In this document: piece after piece, positions 1 to 8,001 of the stretch
Layout of the letters: every line of letters begins with the position of its first letter
How positions within the stretch are numbered: position 1 is the first letter of the stretch
Assembly (NCBI GenBank): GCA_964469025.1
Contig: CAYXXL010000001.1
Location: 1 to 40,857, forward strand
Direction of reading: 5' to 3'
DNA length: 40,857 nt
Origin: an uncultured Fibrobacteria bacterium
GTDB taxonomy: Bacteria; Fibrobacterota; Fibrobacteria; UBA5070
Notes under the pieces: model-generated
What the model saw: the letters and a program-made list of their open reading frames with translations, nothing else
Database searches by the model: none
Told to the model about the DNA's origin: nothing
Translations under genes and position numbers: made by a program

Positions 1-566
1 CCCAGGGTGAGGAGGATGTTGGCCGGCTTGATGTCGCGGTGGATGATGCCCCGGTCGTGGGCCAGCGCCAGGGCGTCGCAGATCTGGGACAGGATGGGCA
101 CGATCTCCGCCACCGTGTAGGGACCCTTCTGGCGAAGCCGCTCCAGGACCGAGATCCCGTCCACGTATTCCATCACGATGTAGATGCCCGTCTCGTCCTG
201 CTCCAGCTCGTAGATCTGCACGATGTTGTAGTGCGAAAGCTGGGCGATGGCGCGCGCCTCGCGGAGGAACCGGTGCAGCACCGTGGTGCTCTTCATGTAC
301 TTGGACAGGATCCGTTTGATGGCCACCTTGCGGTTCAGTCGGCTGTCGCGCGCCGACCACACCTCGCCCATGCCGCCCTTGCCGATCATGACCAGGTCCT
401 TGTACCGGTCGGCGTTGCGCGGCTTGGGGGGGACGGGCGGAAGTTCCGGCGCCTGGCGCGGTTCCGCGTTCGCGAGCTGCTGGAGCGAACCGGACACCCG
501 CTCCCCGCAGAACATGCAGTACACGGAATCGCCGTCGATCCGGCGATGGCAGAACGGGCAGACCAT
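1..566 (-). CDS. Ser/Thr protein kinase with N-terminal zinc ribbon; 5' part only, gene runs off the left edge
   Basis: Open-ended, so absent from the ORF track. Translating the minus strand from ATG 566-564 gives MVCPFCHRRIDGDSVYCMFCGERV (zinc ribbon). It continues with IGKGGMGEVW (Gly-rich loop), RKVAIKRI (VAIK Lys) and IIHRDIKPANILL (HRD catalytic loop). The start lies 2 nt after the stop of the upstream gene. Confidence 0.85.
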   Translation of the reverse strand, partial: MVCPFCHRRIDGDSVYCMFCGERVSGSLQQLANAEPRQAPELPPVPPKPRNADRYKDLVMIGKGGMGEVWSARDSRLNRKVAIKRILSKYMKSTTVLHRFLREARAIAQLSHYNIVQIYELEQDETGIYIVMEYVDGISVLERLRQKGPYTVAEIVPILSQICDALALAHDRGIIHRDIKPANILLTL

Positions 567-568
567 TT

Positions 569-2242
569 TCACGCCGCGGCCTCCTGGATGGATCTCTTGG
601 TCTTGACGAACACGCCCTGGGCGCGGGCCGCGAGCGGATCTTCCCTGTGGATGTGTTCGAGCGCGAGCTTGACGCGGTCGCGGGCCTCGCCGATGTTGTC
701 CTGCTCGGCCAGGACCCTGGCCTCGGCCAGCCGTTCCTCGAACCAGACCACCATGGCCTCGATCCAGGATGCGACATCCTCCGCGGAGGCCGGAAGCAGG
801 GGGGCCAGCTCCCGGCACCTGCGCACCCGGTCCTGCGCCGATGACAATTTCCGTTCCCGGGCGAGTTCGGCGGCCTCGGCCACCAGGCGCGTGCAGGCGC
901 CCAGGTTCTCGGCCAGGCGTTTGTACACGGCGGGCGTGAGGATGCCCAGCGCGCGCGACACCTCGCCCACCAGGGGCAGGGCGATCTGGACCGTCTCCCA
1001 TCTGCCCTGGCGCCAGGTCTCCTCCAGGAGGTGGCTGACCTTCAGGAGGACTCCGGCTCCGTGCTCTGCGTCCTGTGCCTCGAATTCCGATCCGAGGAGG
1101 CGCAACCGCTGGATCTCGCGCGCCACCGAATCCCAGCTTCCCGCCAGGAGTGCCAGGAACACCTGCTCCAAGGCGAGCTTCCCCTGGTCGTCCAGGTTGG
1201 CACCGCAGCACCCGCACATCCCATGGCGCTGGTGCTGGCGGTTCCCGCAGGCGTCGCAGGTGCGGAAGAGGTCGCGCAGGTCGGACCCGCAGTTGCCGCA
1301 GTAGGGGTTGTCCTCGGCCGCGAAGACGCCGCATTCGGGGCACCTCCCGTCGCGCGCCCTGGTGCGCCGCCCGCCCACGGCGGCCAAGGCGTCGCGCATC
1401 TCCTCCATGGAACGCCAACGGTCGGAATGGGAAGCGGCGAGCGCTCCGGAGAGGATCTCCCGCAAGGAGACGGGTATGGCGGGATCGTCCGCCGGTCCCG
1501 TATGTCCCAGAAGGCACGCGCGCAGGAGCATGCCCAGGCTGAAGATGTCGTCCGAGATCTGGGGGGTCAGGGGCTGCAGGTCGGGGGCGTCGAATTCGGT
1601 GTGCCGCAGCGGCAACTCGGGAATCTCGATGCGCACGAAGGAATGCAGTCGCGGCCTGCACTGCGTGTCCAGCATGACGCGGGCCGTGGTGAGGTTCCCG
1701 TGCACCACGCCCTGCTGGTGGGCGTACATCAGGGCGTCCGCGAGATCCACTCCCAGGCGCAGGACCTCCTGGAGTCCGATGCGCCCTTCGGCGACCAGTC
1801 GGTCGCGCAGGCTGCGCCCTTCCACGTACTCGATCACGGCGTAGGGTCCATCCTTGTCCGATCCCTCCTCGAACACCGCCGCGATGCCGGGATGCCGCAA
1901 CCGCGCGGAGGTCCGCAAGGCGCGCAGGAAGGCGGAGAGTCCATCCTGGCTCGTGAGGATGCCCCTGCCCGGCCTCCGGATGAGGACCTGGCGTCCCAGG
2001 CGCAGGTCGCGGGCGAGGTCCACGGTGGCGTGGTCGGAGGTCCAGAGCCGTTCGATGGCGGAGTACCGCTCGGCACCGGACAGCAGCACGGGATTGCGCC
2101 CGCGGCGGCGCTCCCCCGTCTCTTCCCGGAACGTCCCGCCCAGGGGCAGACCGCAATGCTTGCAGTACACCCCCTCCGGGGGAAGCTCCTTCCCGCATTG
2201 CTTGCAGTAGTAGGATTCCTGTCGGATCACTGGAGCACCCAT
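569..2242 (-). CDS. Zinc-ribbon pseudokinase (kinase fold with degenerate catalytic motifs, internal double zinc ribbon, helical C-terminus)
   Basis: ORF 569..2269. I prefer ATG 2242 (MGAPVIRQESYYCKQCGKELPPEGVYCKHCG) over the TTG at 2269. It aligns residue by residue with the neighbouring kinase, but the catalytic motifs are lost. There is no GxGxxG, QVLIRR replaces VAIK, VVHGNLTTARV replaces HRDxKxxN, and HSF replaces DFG. The sequence later has CPECG..CGNCG and CDACG..CGCCG. Confidence 0.75.
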   Translation of the reverse strand: MGAPVIRQESYYCKQCGKELPPEGVYCKHCGLPLGGTFREETGERRRGRNPVLLSGAERYSAIERLWTSDHATVDLARDLRLGRQVLIRRPGRGILTSQDGLSAFLRALRTSARLRHPGIAAVFEEGSDKDGPYAVIEYVEGRSLRDRLVAEGRIGLQEVLRLGVDLADALMYAHQQGVVHGNLTTARVMLDTQCRPRLHSFVRIEIPELPLRHTEFDAPDLQPLTPQISDDIFSLGMLLRACLLGHTGPADDPAIPVSLREILSGALAASHSDRWRSMEEMRDALAAVGGRRTRARDGRCPECGVFAAEDNPYCGNCGSDLRDLFRTCDACGNRQHQRHGMCGCCGANLDDQGKLALEQVFLALLAGSWDSVAREIQRLRLLGSEFEAQDAEHGAGVLLKVSHLLEETWRQGRWETVQIALPLVGEVSRALGILTPAVYKRLAENLGACTRLVAEAAELARERKLSSAQDRVRRCRELAPLLPASAEDVASWIEAMVVWFEERLAEARVLAEQDNIGEARDRVKLALEHIHREDPLAARAQGVFVKTKRSIQEAAA

Positions 2243-2538
2243 AGTGCCCAATTTTGGGCGCTCTGGCAAAGACCGGGATCGTCACGACCGCCGGAATACC
2301 CTGGGATCATGTGCCGCCAGGGGAAACTGGACGTCTCTACAGGCGTGTTTTTCGAATTCTCCGACACGGATCCTTCCGCACGTGGTCGGCCCGGAGAGAT
2401 CCTCGCCCGAGGTACCACCCGTCCACTCTACCGCTTCGGCGTCCGTTTGGCCCCTGTCGGTTGGTCGCCCATTCCCCCCATTGGAATCACTACCATTTTC
2501 CGTGTTCACCGGATTCACCGAACAAGGGACGGGACCCA

Positions 2539-3093
2539 ATGCGCAAGATCGGATTGACCTTGACGGCCCTGCTGGTCGTGACCGGCTGCAAGGGCGTGGA
2601 GACGGGAACCCCGGTGGACCGGATCCTGGAGATCGGGACCCAGGCGGAAATGGACCTGGCCGACAACGCCGCCCGGCGCGAAGCCTCCAAGGACCTATCG
2701 GAGATGGTGAAGCTGGGCCAGGAGGAGTCGGCCATCATCGACTCGGCCACCGACCGGATCAACCGGATCCTGGGCGGCAAGTACCACCGACTGCCGGTGG
2801 CGTTGGGTCCCTGCACCGACAGCATCCCGGTGGTGTTCGGCCACGGTTCCATCGGGGTTCCCGACTTCCACAAGGGCGAGTTCCGCATCAACCTGCAGGT
2901 TTCGGGAACGGAAAGGCATCCCCTGCCCGACGGAACCTTCTTCCAGCTCGTGGCCCTGGACTCCGCGGGCAAGGTCCTCTTCTCCAAGGACGCCGACATG
3001 GTGGACTCCCTCAAGGTGGGCGACAGTCTTTACGCCGGGGGCATGTTCCGGGCGACGGAGATCAAGGGGCTGAGGGCGGTCGCGGCGCGGTAG
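2539..3093 (+). CDS. Lipoprotein, unknown function
   Basis: Internal ATG of ORF 2254..3093 gives MRKIGLTLTALLVVTGCKG, a signal peptide plus lipobox (VTGC). The upstream part of the ORF has no coding-like features. Confidence 0.65.
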   Translation: MRKIGLTLTALLVVTGCKGVETGTPVDRILEIGTQAEMDLADNAARREASKDLSEMVKLGQEESAIIDSATDRINRILGGKYHRLPVALGPCTDSIPVVFGHGSIGVPDFHKGEFRINLQVSGTERHPLPDGTFFQLVALDSAGKVLFSKDADMVDSLKVGDSLYAGGMFRATEIKGLRAVAAR

Positions 3094-3108
3094 CGCCAGG
3101 CGGCTTGG

Positions 3109-3368
3109 GCCTTCGGCCATTGCGCTGCGCTTGGTTTACAGGGGCCAGCCGCGGCCCCTGTACCCGGCGGCCAAAGGAGCCGTGCGCTCGGCTCCTTTGG
3201 AATCCTGAGCGCCAGGGGGTTCAGACTCTCCGGGCGTCCCTTCCGTGTTTCTCCATCGGCCCGCATGGGCCGATGGCCAGCCTGGACGCCCTCCGAATAG
3301 CTTCACCCCCTGGACCCCTGCCGGTTTCTGCCGGGCTCGCATTGGCCCCTTTCGGGGCCTCGCTCGGC
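3109..3368. repeat. Composite GC-rich palindromic repeat, copy A
   Basis: 3109-3165 matches 8740-8798 and 3317-3368 matches 8798-8848 (copy C). About 150 bp in between is extra sequence. Perfect hairpins: tacaggggcc/ggcccctgta (3137-3162), ccaaaggagccg/cggctcctttgg (3171-3200) and ccatcggccc/gggccgatgg (3253-3276). The reverse complement of 3137-3205 aligns with copies B and D. Confidence 0.7.
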
Positions 3369-3422
3369 GGGGTTGGTTCCTGGTTGGGTTACGAACGCCG
3401 TCAGCCTGTCGCGGCCAACGGT

Positions 3423-3869
3423 TCACAGCAATCGCGATTCCATCGGCTCGAACTGCTGGAGAAAATGGTCGAACGTGACGTCCGTGATGTTCAGGTCGCT
3501 TTTGGCGCTGCCCTGGCGGGCTTGGTTTCTGGCTCGGCACTCCTCGATGGATGTGTCCAGGACCACCCAAGTGAAAGGCAGTCCCAACTCCGCCAGCCGT
3601 TCCTCCATCCGGGATCGCGAAGCCCGCGTCCAAAACCCGTAGTCCAGGATCACGGGCGTGCCAGATCTTGCCGCAGGGATCCAGATCGACTCGAACAGGA
3701 CCAGGAGATCCGTCAGATGCGTCGGGAACTCACTCGCCGGTGGATCGGACCCGAACAAGACGGACATCCATTCGTCCGGAGAGAACCGAAGCGCGCCGAA
3801 CTCCCGCTCCAACGCCTTCGCCCGCGTGGTTTTGCCCGACCCGATGAACCCGTGCATCAGGAAAATCAC
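3423..3869 (-). CDS. Small P-loop kinase-like ATP-binding protein (AAA_33-like)
   Basis: 148-aa ORF with a GTG start. MIFLMHGFIGSGKTTRAKAL is a strand followed by Walker A. Size and layout fit small nucleotide or shikimate/gluconate-type kinases. Confidence 0.7.
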   Translation of the reverse strand: MIFLMHGFIGSGKTTRAKALEREFGALRFSPDEWMSVLFGSDPPASEFPTHLTDLLVLFESIWIPAARSGTPVILDYGFWTRASRSRMEERLAELGLPFTWVVLDTSIEECRARNQARQGSAKSDLNITDVTFDHFLQQFEPMESRLL

Positions 3870-3875
3870 CGGGGC

Positions 3876-3953
3876 TCACCCACGGAATGGATCATCGGAC
3901 TCCGCCCGCCGAATCGCACCCGCGATTGCGCCCTTCCCCGCCAAAGGACTCAT
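3876..3953 (-). pseudogene. Remnant of a GNAT 5' end (25 codons then stop) immediately upstream of the P-loop kinase gene
   Basis: ATG 3953 gives MSPLAGKGAIAGAIRRAESDDPFRG-stop. This parallels VSPLAGEGAIAGAIRQAESGDLPAIL at the start of the GNAT at 7919. The stop lies 6 nt before the kinase GTG. Confidence 0.6.
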
Positions 3954-3972
3954 GCCGGAAAAACTACACCGC
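3891..3972 (-). repeat. 82-bp leader repeat, copy 1 (GNAT 5' end plus about 19 bp upstream)
   Basis: Hand alignment with 7857-7938 gives 72 of 82 identical positions with no gaps. Confidence 0.85.
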
Positions 3973-4156
3973 GAGGTGATCGGAGATGACGTCCGGTTCT
4001 TTCATCCGACGCAATTTTCCGTTAGTGAGTGTGGGAATTCCAGGAACCCAAGGGGGCTCAGCGATCTACGGTGGCCGATCATCCGATCGGAATAGTGCTT
4101 CCCCGAGACGGGTTGCGCTGTGGCACGTGGCGCATGCGCGGGGCTTTCTTTGCGCC

Positions 4157-6685
4157 TCAGCTCATTCCCGTGGTGGCCTTCAATTCCAAGCCGTCGCGGT
4201 ACAGGCGTGCCACAAAAATCTTGTCAGGCGATTTTTGGTCCTGGGAACGGATCACGTTCAAAACACCCACATCAACCAGCTTTGGAAGGATGTCCGTCTC
4301 CAAGAATTGGGCGATTATCTGCTTCTTGCCCTTGGAAAGGTTGTGTTGTAAATGCGCAACAAATTCCTGCAGCGAGGATGCAGGCTTCGCACCCTTCATC
4401 GCCTCGAGATATTCACGAAGCTCGAGGTACTCGTCAGTCAGGTCTTTTACTCGCTTGCGGCTTGCCTCTTCAATCCCTGCGCGAAGACTGGGATAGCGCA
4501 GGATGCGATCACCTCTAACATCACCGGACGATTCCGCTTCGGCCTTCCAGCTGCGTTCCACCATCTGCATGATGGTGCGAGGGAACAATCGTTCCTGGGA
4601 ATCCTGGATACGATTCAGTATGTAATTGGCGGTATAGGCGCGTTTCCCCTTCTCGATCTTCTCGCCCCACAATGGAAAAAGGGCACGACGCAACTCCGTG
4701 ATGTCTCCCGAGATGGACGATGGATCCTTCAGCATCTCCTCGCATGCCGGATCCCGTCGGACCACCTTTAGGACCAGTCTCCAAAGATCACGTTCCTCGA
4801 AGCGAAGGGTGCGCGTGATCGGCTCCAGATGGCTGCGATTCTGCATCTTGACCGCTAACCATATGTCCTCTCGAAGAAAGACCTTGAACTGAACTCTCTT
4901 AAGCCGTGTGCGCCACTGGGCAAGCAATTGGAGCAGGCCGACAACATATCGATCCCTGCGCGGAGTCCAATCCTCTGGATTGGTGTTCTGGAATCCAGTA
5001 TCCAGCCCATCAAAGACCAGGCACAGACCCTGTGTACCCGACATCAGATGCTTGTCTGCGGCCTTCAGCAGATCCTCTGCTTCCAAGGCGGCATCCCTGG
5101 ACTTCAGCAACGGAATGATCGTCTTGTAACCGGGCTCATCCCAGAAAGACTCTAACTTGGGACGCATCGGTCGCCTGACGCTTGCCAAGAGAACCGGTTT
5201 GATGTCTGCTTGATGGCGAACAATCGCTTGTAGGCACCAGTAGATCCAGAAAACATCATGGGCTCCAGAGTTTACAAGTCCGGAATCCTTCTCGATCTTC
5301 TCGAAGTGATCCTTGCTTAGAAAGGGCGCTTCCGCCAAATCCGCACGAGGTGACAAACCCACCAGATATTCGACATCGAAAGGAACCGGAAGGAGATCTC
5401 GATTGCGACTGGGGTTTGTCAGGTACTTCCATAGAAAGCTCTTGCCCGCACCCTTGGCTCCGATGACCAGATGGATGGAACGATCCACAGCCGCCCGGGC
5501 ATCCTCGGAATCGATTAAGGTCTCCTCGATTTCTTGAAGCGACAGGTTTTCGCCGTAGCCGAAGCGCTCCGACAGGTTTGAGGCCTGAAGGATGCGACGT
5601 CGTTCGATGACTCGCTCAGGTCCAGTGTCTTCGGTCTTGCCTAATGCCCCCGCAAGCACCTGTGACAGATTACGGAATATGTCCTGCGGGCCCACCGCAC
5701 CCAAGGGAAGGGGGATCTTGTTCGCACTCCACACCCTGGCGTCCTGATCTATTCCCTCTTCCAAAATCACGATGGATGACTCGCCGGACTCCTCATCCGT
5801 TGACTCGCGGGCATCCAGCAGTTCGGCATTCAATCGTTCGATCATCCGCTTCAAACGAGGATTTCCGTCCTTGCCAGGCAAAACCAGGCTGGGCACGAAA
5901 ATCAGCGTAGGAACTGCACCCCGTGCCTTGCGCGTCTTCACGAAAGCATCACGAATGACCCTCACACCGTCCCAGATCTGATCGGACACCGGAAGGAAGA
6001 CGACAATCGCGTCGGCAACATGGAACATCGCTGTTGCAGATAGAGCAGTGAAGCCTGTCCGGCAATCCAGGAACAGCGCATCGCGCTCCGGACTCGACAA
6101 TTCCTCCAACAGGCGCCGCAACGGATTCGGGCGCTCCGGCTCATATGCATGCCAAAGACCGACTCCCAACTCCTCGAGCTGCGCCAGATAGACCTCGTCG
6201 AGCCTTCCGGCCGGCAGGATCTCGATGCGTCCACCTTCGGAGCCGAGGGATTCGGGAACAGTCAACATTTGGCTGACTGCATCCAGGCTTCCCGGAAATG
6301 GCTGGCTGGCTGCCTCGGACAGCAGAGCCATTGATCCCTTCTCCACGACATCGGATGCGTACCCGAATAGCTGCGCTAGACCGGGTGCTTCGAGATCCAA
6401 ATCCACAATCCCGATCTTGCGGCCTTGACGAGCCAGCAGTGCCGCTACGTAGCCCAATGCGGTGCTGCGGCCTGCACCACCCTTGAAGCCATAGAACGCC
6501 ACAATCGGAGTCTTCTGCTCGTTCACAGGATCGATTTCAGAAGATGCTTTCTTTTCGATTGGTTGCATTTGCAAGATGTCGAAGAAACTCGCCGGACTGA
6601 ACATGGCGGGCACCGCCGACTCAGCAGGAGCCAGCTCTTCGCGAGCCTCCAGAACCTGACCAGCTTTTTTCCGAGTCATGGTCAT
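4157..6685 (-). CDS. 842-aa double P-loop protein: ParA/MinD-like module with KGGxGR Walker A, NACHT/STAND-like NTPase module, helical C-terminal region
   Basis: ORF 4157..6715. I prefer ATG 6685, which has GGAGG upstream and overlaps the stop of the upstream gene as ATGA.
- Module 1: VAFYGFKGGAGRSTALGYVAALLA (6461-6490), IVDLDLEAPGL and LFLDCRTGF.
- Module 2: Walker A VIGAKGAGKS (5438-5461) and Walker B LCLVFDGLD (5000-5026).
- No recognisable effector domain.
- Hand-counted GC is 45-57%. Confidence 0.8.
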   Translation of the reverse strand: MTMTRKKAGQVLEAREELAPAESAVPAMFSPASFFDILQMQPIEKKASSEIDPVNEQKTPIVAFYGFKGGAGRSTALGYVAALLARQGRKIGIVDLDLEAPGLAQLFGYASDVVEKGSMALLSEAASQPFPGSLDAVSQMLTVPESLGSEGGRIEILPAGRLDEVYLAQLEELGVGLWHAYEPERPNPLRRLLEELSSPERDALFLDCRTGFTALSATAMFHVADAIVVFLPVSDQIWDGVRVIRDAFVKTRKARGAVPTLIFVPSLVLPGKDGNPRLKRMIERLNAELLDARESTDEESGESSIVILEEGIDQDARVWSANKIPLPLGAVGPQDIFRNLSQVLAGALGKTEDTGPERVIERRRILQASNLSERFGYGENLSLQEIEETLIDSEDARAAVDRSIHLVIGAKGAGKSFLWKYLTNPSRNRDLLPVPFDVEYLVGLSPRADLAEAPFLSKDHFEKIEKDSGLVNSGAHDVFWIYWCLQAIVRHQADIKPVLLASVRRPMRPKLESFWDEPGYKTIIPLLKSRDAALEAEDLLKAADKHLMSGTQGLCLVFDGLDTGFQNTNPEDWTPRRDRYVVGLLQLLAQWRTRLKRVQFKVFLREDIWLAVKMQNRSHLEPITRTLRFEERDLWRLVLKVVRRDPACEEMLKDPSSISGDITELRRALFPLWGEKIEKGKRAYTANYILNRIQDSQERLFPRTIMQMVERSWKAEAESSGDVRGDRILRYPSLRAGIEEASRKRVKDLTDEYLELREYLEAMKGAKPASSLQEFVAHLQHNLSKGKKQIIAQFLETDILPKLVDVGVLNVIRSQDQKSPDKIFVARLYRDGLELKATTGMS

Positions 6686-7134
6686 GCCTCCACCATCGCG
6701 AGAACGATGTCGCAAAGATCCAACTCTTCCTGTGCTTCAGGGAGGGAAAGATTTTCCATCCCGTAGCGCAGGCTGTAAGGACGTTCCGGTTCTTTGGATT
6801 TTATCCTGTTCCAAACATTCCCTGTCAACGGCGATTCCTTCCCCAGTGTGATGCATAGTCGCGGCCAAACCGCTTCCTGGGAAAGTCCGCCCAGATCATG
6901 CCCGTTTTTCCCTTTGAAGATCTTGTCCCAAAGGTCCGGATGCTTGTCTTTGAAGGTGCTCAAGCGGGAACAATGGTAGAGCCCAAGAATTCTTGCCTTG
7001 AACGCGCACTCCAGGGCAATCTGGGCCAGATAGGCCGCAGGTATCGGCTTCGTCGCGTTTTGCAAGGCGACTGCTCCGTGATAGGTGTTGCGCGCATGTC
7101 TGAGGAGGTGCGCTTTGTCCAAGATAGCGGTCAA
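6682..7134 (-). CDS. 150-aa HEPN-like protein, first gene of the two-gene operon
   Basis: TTG start at 7134 with GGGGGAG 8 nt upstream. Pattern LECAFKARILG ... KNGHDLGGL ... YSLRYG mirrors EKALKA ... THDLGKL ... FRY of the MNT-partnered HEPN at 8867-9266. An N-terminal RHARNTYH could be read as Rx6H. The stop overlaps the next start. Confidence 0.6.
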   Translation of the reverse strand: MTAILDKAHLLRHARNTYHGAVALQNATKPIPAAYLAQIALECAFKARILGLYHCSRLSTFKDKHPDLWDKIFKGKNGHDLGGLSQEAVWPRLCITLGKESPLTGNVWNRIKSKEPERPYSLRYGMENLSLPEAQEELDLCDIVLAMVEA

Positions 7135-7361
7135 GATTGCTTCTCCCCCTCATGCCCTGGAATTCGCTTGTGGGCGAGGGCGGGTCTCATCATTGCGGAT
7201 CTCCTTCCGTCCTGTCAACGAGGGACAACGGAAGCATGGAATTTAGGCCACGGGTTTCCTTCCGGATAGGCAGGTTCTCCATCATTTTCACGAAAATTCC
7301 AGTCCTTCACTGGTCCAGCCGCCTTCTGGGGCTATCAGGCCGCGCTCCCTACACCCAGAAT

Positions 7362-7422
7362 GGACAGTGCCACAACCCGCCCGCCCTGCCGAAAGCACGA
7401 CGGGCAGTGGGCTGGACTGTCC
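7362..7422 (-). other. Compound imperfect hairpin between the GNAT stop and the operon promoter region
   Basis: Outer arms are GGACAGT (7362-7368) and ACTGTCC (7416-7422). Inner arms are CCTGCCG (7385-7391) and CGGGCAG (7401-7407), which pair with one bulged base. No U-run follows, so this is not a canonical intrinsic terminator. Confidence 0.35.
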
Positions 7423-7448
7423 TTGGGTTGGCTCAATTGGATGTAGGG

Positions 7449-7919
7449 TCACAGCCGGAGTTCGTAGCCCTGCTTGGAGTCGGGATTGAAGCCCGCCGCC
7501 TCGTAGAACATATGGGCCTCCGATCGCTTCTTGCTGCTCTGGAGCAACACCTTGTAGCAGTCGTGCGCCTTGGCGATGGAGACGGCCTCGGCCATCAGGC
7601 GCGTTCCGTGCTTGAGCCTTCGAAATCCATCCGCGACGACCACGTTCTCGATCACCCCGAAGGGACGTCCGGATCTTGTCAAGTTGGGGATGATGGAAAG
7701 ATTGCAGGTCCCGACGACACCGGAAGGTCCATCCACGACCAAGTAGACCAGATTCCGACTGCCACGGATCTCGTTCCAGAGAGTCGCTGCCTTTGCCGGG
7801 TCCAACGGATCATCGTCGGGATTGAGCTGGGCATAGAGTGCCAGGATCGCCGGCAAATCACCGGATTCCGCCTGCCGGATCGCACCCGCAATTGCGCCCT
7901 CTCCCGCCAATGGACTCAC
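7449..7919 (-). CDS. GNAT family N-acetyltransferase
   Basis: ORF 7449..8084, trimmed to GTG 7919 because the duplicated copy has ATG at the homologous position. The fold pattern includes FGVIENVVVADGFRRLKHGTRLM (acetyl-CoA binding region) and FYEAAGF at the C-terminus. Confidence 0.75.
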   Translation of the reverse strand: MSPLAGEGAIAGAIRQAESGDLPAILALYAQLNPDDDPLDPAKAATLWNEIRGSRNLVYLVVDGPSGVVGTCNLSIIPNLTRSGRPFGVIENVVVADGFRRLKHGTRLMAEAVSIAKAHDCYKVLLQSSKKRSEAHMFYEAAGFNPDSKQGYELRL

Positions 7920-7938
7920 GCCGGAAAAGCTACACCGC
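7857..7938 (-). repeat. 82-bp leader repeat, copy 2 (authentic GNAT 5' end)
   Basis: See 3891-3972; 72 of 82 positions are identical. Confidence 0.85.
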
Positions 7939-8001
7939 CAGCCAGTCGGCGAGCGAAAGCGAGCCGCCCGCGACGACGGCGGGGGTCCGCGGGGAATCCA
8001 A

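Noticed and set aside
3423-3869. Zeta-toxin-like kinase or a third component of the candidate defence system
   Set aside because: There is only a generic P-loop kinase signature. No epsilon-like antitoxin partner is present. The gene is separated from the operon by 287 bp, has its own duplicated leader, and has host-like GC. I see no sequence evidence linking it functionally to 4157-7134.
6686-6715. Longer N-terminus (MRHRSRDGGG...) for the double-NTPase protein as given in the ORF track
   Set aside because: It would overlap the upstream gene by 34 nt and has no ribosome-binding site. The ATG at 6685 has GGAGG upstream and forms the ATGA stop/start overlap. Similar trimming was applied to ORFs 7449..8084, 9750..11129, 12282..14000, 14371..16671, 15729..18032, 16799..18619, 17983..19125, 18894..20966, 20285..22543 and 23328..24686.
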